Shown: positions 57,955-64,000 of the stretch, in pieces
Layout of the letters: each line of letters begins with the position of its first letter
How positions within the stretch are numbered: the first letter of the stretch is position 1
DNA from: Mobula hypostoma
Taxonomy: Eukaryota
Assembly: GCF_963921235.1 (NCBI RefSeq)
Contig: NC_086108.1
Span: 13,268,001 to 13,332,000 of the forward strand
Direction: 5' to 3'
DNA: 64,000 bases
Notes under the pieces: generated by a model
The model's input: the letters and a program-made list of their open reading frames with translations, nothing else
Database searches by the model: none
What the model was told of the DNA's origin: nothing
Position numbers and translations under genes: made by a program

Positions 57955-60135
57955 AATGTCACTGGCAAATGACACTTAAAGGATTGACGGTGGATATGCA
58001 ATGGCAAGCATTTAAAGGTTGCATGGATGAACTACAACAATTTTTCATCCCAGTTTGGCAAAAGAATAAATCAAGGAAGGTAGTGCACCCGTGGCTGACA
58101 AGAGAAATTAGGGATAGTATCAATTCCAAAGAAGAAGCATACAAATTAGCCAGAGAAAGTGGCTCACCTGAGGACTGGGAGAAATTCAGAGTTTAGCAGA
58201 GAAGGACAAAGGGCTTAATTAGGAAGGGGAAAAAAGATTATGAGAGAAAACTGGCAGGGAACATAAAAACGGACTGTAAAAGCTTTTATAGATATGTAAA
58301 AAGGAAAAGAATGGTAAAGACAAATGTAGGTCCCCTGCAGACAGAAACAGGTGAATTGATTATGGGGAGCAAGGACATGGCAGATCAATTGGATAATTAC
58401 TTTGGTTCTGTCTTCACTAAGGAGGACATAAATAATCTCCCAGAAATAGTAAGGGACAGAGGGTCCAGTGAGATGGAGGAACTGAGCGAAATACATGTTA
58501 GTAGGGAAGTGGTGTTAGGTAAATTGAAGGGATTGAAGGCAGATAAATCCCCAGGGCCAGATGGTCTGCATCCTAGAGTGCTTAAGGAAGTAGCCCAAGA
58601 AATAGTGGATGCATTAGTGATAATTTTTCAAAACTCGTTAGATTCTGGACTAGTTCCTGAGGATCGGAGGGTGGCTAATGTAACCCCACTTTTTAAAAAG
58701 GGAGGGAGAGAGAAACCGGGGAATTATAGACCGGTTAGCCTAACGTCGGTGGTGGGGAAACTGCTGGAGTCAGTTATCAAGGATGTGATAACAGCACATT
58801 TGGAAAGTGGTGAAATGATCGGACAAAGTCAGCATGGATTTGTGAAAGGAAAATCATGTCTGACGAATCTCATAGAATTTTTTGAGGATGTAACTAGTAG
58901 AGTGGATAGGGGAGAACCAGTGGATGTGGTATATTTGGATTTTCAAAAGGCTTTTGACAAGGTCCCACACAGGAGATTAGTGTGCAAACTTAAAGCACAC
59001 GGTATTGGGGGTAAGGTATTGGTGTGGGTGGAGAGTTGGTTAGCAGACAGGAAGCAAAGAGTGGGAATAAACGGGACCTTTTCAGAATGGCAGGCGGTGA
59101 CTAGTGGGGTACCGCAAGGCTCAGTGCTGGGACCCCAGTTGTTTACAATATATATTAACGACTTGGATGAGGGAATTAAATGCAGCATCTCCAAGTTTGC
59201 GGATGACACGAAGCTGGGTGGCAGTGTTAGCAGTGAGGAGGATGCTAAGAGGATGCAGGGTGACTTGGATAGGTTGGGTGAGTGGGCAAATTCATGGCAG
59301 ATGCAATTTAATGTGGATAAATGTGAAGTTATCCACTTTGGTGGCAAAAATAGGAGAACAGATTATTATCTGAATGGTGGCCGATTTGGAAAAGGGGAGG
59401 TGCAACGAGACCTGGGTGTCATTATACACCAGTCATTGAAAGTGGGCATGCAGGTACAGCAGGCGGTGAAAAAGGCGAATGGTATGCTGGCATTTATAGC
59501 GAGAGGATTCGAGTACAAGAGCAGGGAGGTACTACTGCAGTTGTACAAGGCCTTGGTGAGACCGCACCTGGAGTATTGTGTGCAGTTTTGGTCCCCTAAT
59601 CTGAGGAAAGACATCTTTGCCATAGACGGAGTACAAAGAAGGTTCACCAGATTGATTCCTCGGATGGCAGGACTTTCATATGAAGAAAGACTGGATGAAC
59701 TGGGCTTGTACTTGTTGGAATTTAGAAGATTGAGGGGGGATCTGATTGAAACGTATAAGATCCTAAAGGGATTGGACAGGCTAGATGCAGGAACATTGTT
59801 CCCGATGTTGGGGAAGTCCAGAACGAGGGGTCACAGTTTGAGGATAGAGGGGAAGCCTTTTAGGACCGAGATTAGGAAAAACTTCTTCACACAGAGAGTG
59901 GTGAATCTGTGGAATTATCTGCCACAGGAAACAGTTGAGGCCAGTTCATTGGCTATATTTAAGAGGGAGTTAGATATGGCCCTTGTGGCTACGGGGGTCA
60001 GGGGGTATGGAGGGAAGGCTGGGGCAGGGTTCTGAGTTGGATGATCAGCCATGATCATAATAAATGGCAGTGCAGGCTCGAAGGGCCGAATGGCCTACTC
60101 CTGCACCTATTTTCTATGTTTCTATGTTTCTATGT
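57955..60135 (+). mobile_element. Young 5'-truncated CR1 with a 574-aa open RT frame
   Basis: ORF 58311-60035, nearly identical to the 50324 copy; no endonuclease domain; (TTCTATGT)n tail. Confidence 0.96.
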
Positions 60136-63100
60136 ATGTAGGTAAGTCGCCTGGACCAGATAGACTACACACCAGGGTTCTGAAAGAGGAATCTGAAGAG
60201 ATTCTGGAGGCATTAGTAATGATCTTTTGAGAATCACTAGATTCTGGAATGGTTCAAGAGGACTGGGAAATTGCAAATGTCTCTCCACTCTTTAAGAAGG
60301 GAGGAAGACAAAAGACAGGAAATTGCAGACTTGTTAGCCTGACTTCAGTGGTTGGTAAGATGTTGAAGTCATTATTAAGGATGAGGTTTCAGGTTACTTG
60401 GTGGCTGAAGTCAGCATTGCTTCCCTATGGGGATATCTTGCCTAAAGAACCTGTTAGAATTTCTTGGGGAAATAACAGGCAGGCAAAGTAATGCCAGAAA
60501 TTCAATAGCTGTCAGTAGATGTTGTTTAATTTCAGAAGGCCTTTGACAAGGTGTTGCATATGCTTGGAAGCTGAAAGTTCTGGACCAGATGGACTACATC
60601 CCCGGGTTCTGAAAGGGGCTGCTAAACAAGATAAGAACCTATAGTATTACAGGAAAGATACAAGCATGGATAGAAGATTGGTTGACTGGCTGGAAGCAGT
60701 GGGAATGGTGGCTTCTGGTGACTAGTATTCTGCTGGGTTCAGTGTTTGGACTGTTTCTTTTCACATTATGTGCCAATGAATGATGGAATTGATAGCTTTG
60801 TGGCCAAGTTTGAGGATGATGCAAAGGTAAGAGGAAGTTTAGGTAATTTTGAGGAAACAGGAAGTCTTCAGAAGGACTTGGGCAGATAGGAGAATGGTCA
60901 AAGAAGTGGCAGATTCAAGTACAAGTTCAAGTTTATTGTCATCTGACTGTACGTATCTACAACCAAATGAAACAACGTTCTTCCGGACCACAGTGCACCC
61001 ACAAAACATATCACACACAGCACTTAGACCAAAATATTACTATAAATAAGTTAATAAAATATAATTCAATATGCTTGCAGCACAGGTAAACAGTAAACAG
61101 CTCACTGTCCTAGTGACAAGGCCTCCATGACGGCAGGGTATTCATTAGTGTCACAGCCTGAGGGAAGAACCCAGTCTGGCAGTCCTAGTCCTGATGCTCC
61201 TGTTCCTCCTTCCTGATGGTAGTGGGTCAAAGGAATTGGGGAATGGGTGTGGAATCTTCTTCAGGGTTGCTTCGGGCCCTTTGTCTGCAACAGTCCCGGT
61301 AAATGTCATAGAGAAGGGGCAGGGAGACTCCGCTGATCCTCTTGGCAGTTTGTGTTCTGATCCCTTGCAGCTTCCACACCACACACGATGCAGCCAGACA
61401 GGACAGTCCTGATGGTGCTCCTGTAGAAAGTTGGAGGCAGGCAGCCTTGCATATCTTCAGTCTCTTCAGAAAGTGTAGATGCTGCTGGTGCTTCCTTGAC
61501 TAGTGAGGAAGGTCCAGTTTAGATCCATCTGCTATGTGCACACAAGGAACTTTCTCTCCACAGCAGAGCCATTGATCTAGGATGGATATTGGCCAATCTA
61601 TGCCTTCCAAAAGTCTACAATCATCCCGTTTGTCCTACCCACATAAAGACTCAGGTTGCTGTGCAGGGAAGTGTATGGTCGTCCATTTTGGCAGAAGAAA
61701 TAAAAACTTAGACTATTTTCTAAATGCGGAACAAAATCAGAAATCACAGTTGTAAAGGGACTTGGGAATCCTCATACAGGATTCCGTAAAGGTTAATTTG
61801 CAGGCTGAGTTGGTGATAAGAAAGTCAAATGCAATGTTAGCATTCATTTTGGAAAGGACTAAAATTTAAAAGAAAGGATGCAATGCTGAGGCTTCTTAAG
61901 ACATCCATCGAACCACATTTGGAGTATTGCAAGCAGTTCTGAGCTCCTTATCCAAGAAAGAATTTTCTGGCATTGGAGAGGATTTAAAGGAGGTTTAGAA
62001 TCATAGAGAAATACAGCACAGAAACAGGCCCTTTGGCCCATCTACCCCATGCTGAGACTATTTAAACTGCCTACTCCCAACAACCTGCTCCAGGACCATA
62101 GCCCTCCATACCCCTACCATCCATGGACCTATCCAAACTTCTCTTAAACGTTGAAATCGAGCTCACATGGACCACTTTGTGCTGGCAGCTCATTCCATGC
62201 TCTCACCACCCTCTGAGTGAAGAAGTTTCCATTCATGCTCCCCTTAAACTTCTCACCTTTCACCCTTCAGCCATAACCTCTGGTCGGAGTCCCATCCAAC
62301 CTCAGCAGAAAAAGCCTGCTTGCATTTACCCTATCTATACCCCTCATAATTTTGTATACTTCTATCAAATCTCCACTTATTCTTCTACATTCTAAAGAAT
62401 GATTGAATTTTTTGAGGATGTGACTAAACACATGGATGAAGATAGAGCAGTAGATGTAGTGTATATGGATTTCAGCAAGGCATTTGATAAAGTACCTCAT
62501 GCAAGGCTTATTGAGAAAGTAAGGAGAGTAGGATCCAAGGGAACATTGCTTTGTGGATCCAGAACTGACTTGCCCACAGAAGGCAAAGAGCGGTTGTAGA
62601 CGGGTCATATTCTGCATGGAGGTCGGTGACCAGTGCTGTGCCTCAGGGATCGGTTCTGGGACCCCATCACCGTGATTTTTATAAATGACCTGGATGAGGA
62701 AGTGGAGGGATGGGTTCGTAAATTTGCTGATGACACAAAGGTTGGGGGTATTGTGGATATTGTGGAGGGCTGTCAGAGGTTACAGTGGGACATTGATAGG
62801 ATGCAAAACTGGGCTGAGAAGTGGCAGATGGAGTTCAACCCAGATAAGTGTGAGGTGGTTCATTTTGATAGGTCAAATATGATGGCAGAATTTAGTATTA
62901 ATGGTAAGAGTCTTGGCCGTGTGGAGGATCAGAGGGATCTTGGGGTCCGAGTCCATAGGGCACTCAAAGCTGCTGCGCAGGTTGACTCCGTGGTTAAGAA
63001 AGCATACGGTGCATTGGCCTTCATCAACCGTGGGATTGAGTTCAAGAGCCAAGAGGTAATGTTGCATCTTTATATGACCCTGGTCAGACCCCACTTGGAG

Positions 63101-63510
63101 TATTGTGCTCAATTCTGGTCACCTCACTACAGGAAGGGTGTGGAAACTATAGAAAGGGTGCAGAGGAGATCTACAAGGATGTTGCCTGGATTGGGGAGTA
63201 TGCCTTATAAGAATAGGTTGAGTGAACTCGGCCTTTTCTCTTTGGAGCGACAGAGGATGAGAGGTGACCTGATAGAAGTGTATAAGATGATGAGAGGCAT
63301 TGATCATGTGGATAGTCAGAGGCTTTTTCCCAGGGCTGAAATGGCTAACATGAGAGGGCACAGTTTTAAGGTGCTTGGAAGTAGGTACAGACGAGATGTC
63401 ATTGGTAGGATTTTTATGCAGAGATTGGTGAGTGCATGAATAGGCTGCCGGTGACGGTGGTTGAGGCAGATATGAGAGGGTCCCAGTCCAATTAATAGCC
63501 AGGTATATGA
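60136..63510. mobile_element. Older CR1 fragments with a nested minus-strand Rex1 3' piece (~60915-61660) and a minus CR1 tail (~61997-62395)
   Basis: EDWEIANVSPLFKKG; Rex1-type FDPLPSGRRNRSIRTRTARL; plus CR1 62396-63510 with RKFADDTKVGG. Confidence 0.8.
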
Positions 63511-63511
63511 A

Positions 63512-64000
63512 TGTCATAGTCCAGTCCGTGAAGTCCGTATTCCGGTTCACGGTCGGGTCCATCACCTTGCTCCAGGTTTTCCTATCTACCCTGTTTCTGT
63601 TCTTGTTGAGCTAATTGAGGCAGCTGATGCTCGTTGGGGCTGGCTGCATAAATACCTTCAGAGACCCAGGCATAGCTGCTGGATTGTTCTTGTCCTTACT
63701 CCTTGTATCCCTTCCTCTGCCTTCTGTTTCCTCGCCTGAAGCCCTGCCTTGTCTTGCCAGTAATTCTCGCCTCCCCTGAAGTTCTCATCTTGCCTTGCTT
63801 TGCCAATAGCCTTGCCTTGTCTTGCTGTCTGGTCCTGGAGCCACCCTGTACCTAGCTCACTTCCTGTCCCTTGCCTCCGCCCAGGTAAGCCAGGCCTCTT
63901 GCCGTTACCTGGGGTTGGTTCTGTCTCTCCCTGTACCTTGCCTCTGTCGGGTGGTTACCCGTGCCTTGCCCTGGAGTACCGCGCCCTGCCCAGGAGGAGC
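63512..64000 (+). mobile_element. Probable LTR running off the window end
   Basis: Abrupt start TGTCATAG after the CR1; CATAAATA TATA-like box ~63647 followed by pyrimidine-rich short repeats. Confidence 0.45.

Noticed and set aside
58311..60035. Autonomous active CR1
   Set aside because: 5'-truncated: no ORF1, no endonuclease, and an upstream in-frame stop near 58195
41495..64000. Further upstream tenascin exons (FQRR...EFWLG, FNIII repeats)
   Set aside because: Looked for in the non-repeat stretches and not recognised; probably outside the window, though a small exon could have been missed by eye

Overview
Repeat-dense vertebrate genomic DNA. The CR1, Rex1/Babar, Penelope and V-SINE-like repeat spectrum suggests a cartilaginous fish (inference). 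Host genes: (i) two paralogous, oppositely oriented C2H2 zinc-finger genes (2234-3073 minus; 12323-13321 plus), each next to a CpG-rich promoter-like island and sharing homologous 3' flanks; (ii) the last three coding exons of a tenascin gene, closest to tenascin-R, on the minus strand (41333-41494, 26061-26224, 25703-25792). The ORF track largely misses these exons. Most of the rest is nested mobile DNA: old and young CR1 LINEs, Rex1/Babar LINEs, an R4/Dong-type RLE relic, an L1 3' end with a target-site duplication (TSD), Penelope pieces (one with a hammerhead ribozyme motif), three kinds of Gypsy element, a class I ERV integrase relic, a hAT element, hAT and mariner MITEs, and several tandem repeats. 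The most notable observations are a CR1/Rex1 mosaic LINE, mirrored splice donors at the two ZNF islands, a TSD-flanked hammerhead mini-element, minisatellites born from CR1 and SINE sub-sequences, and an in-frame internally deleted hAT transposase. All calls come from reading the sequence by eye; no database search was run and repeat boundaries are approximate.
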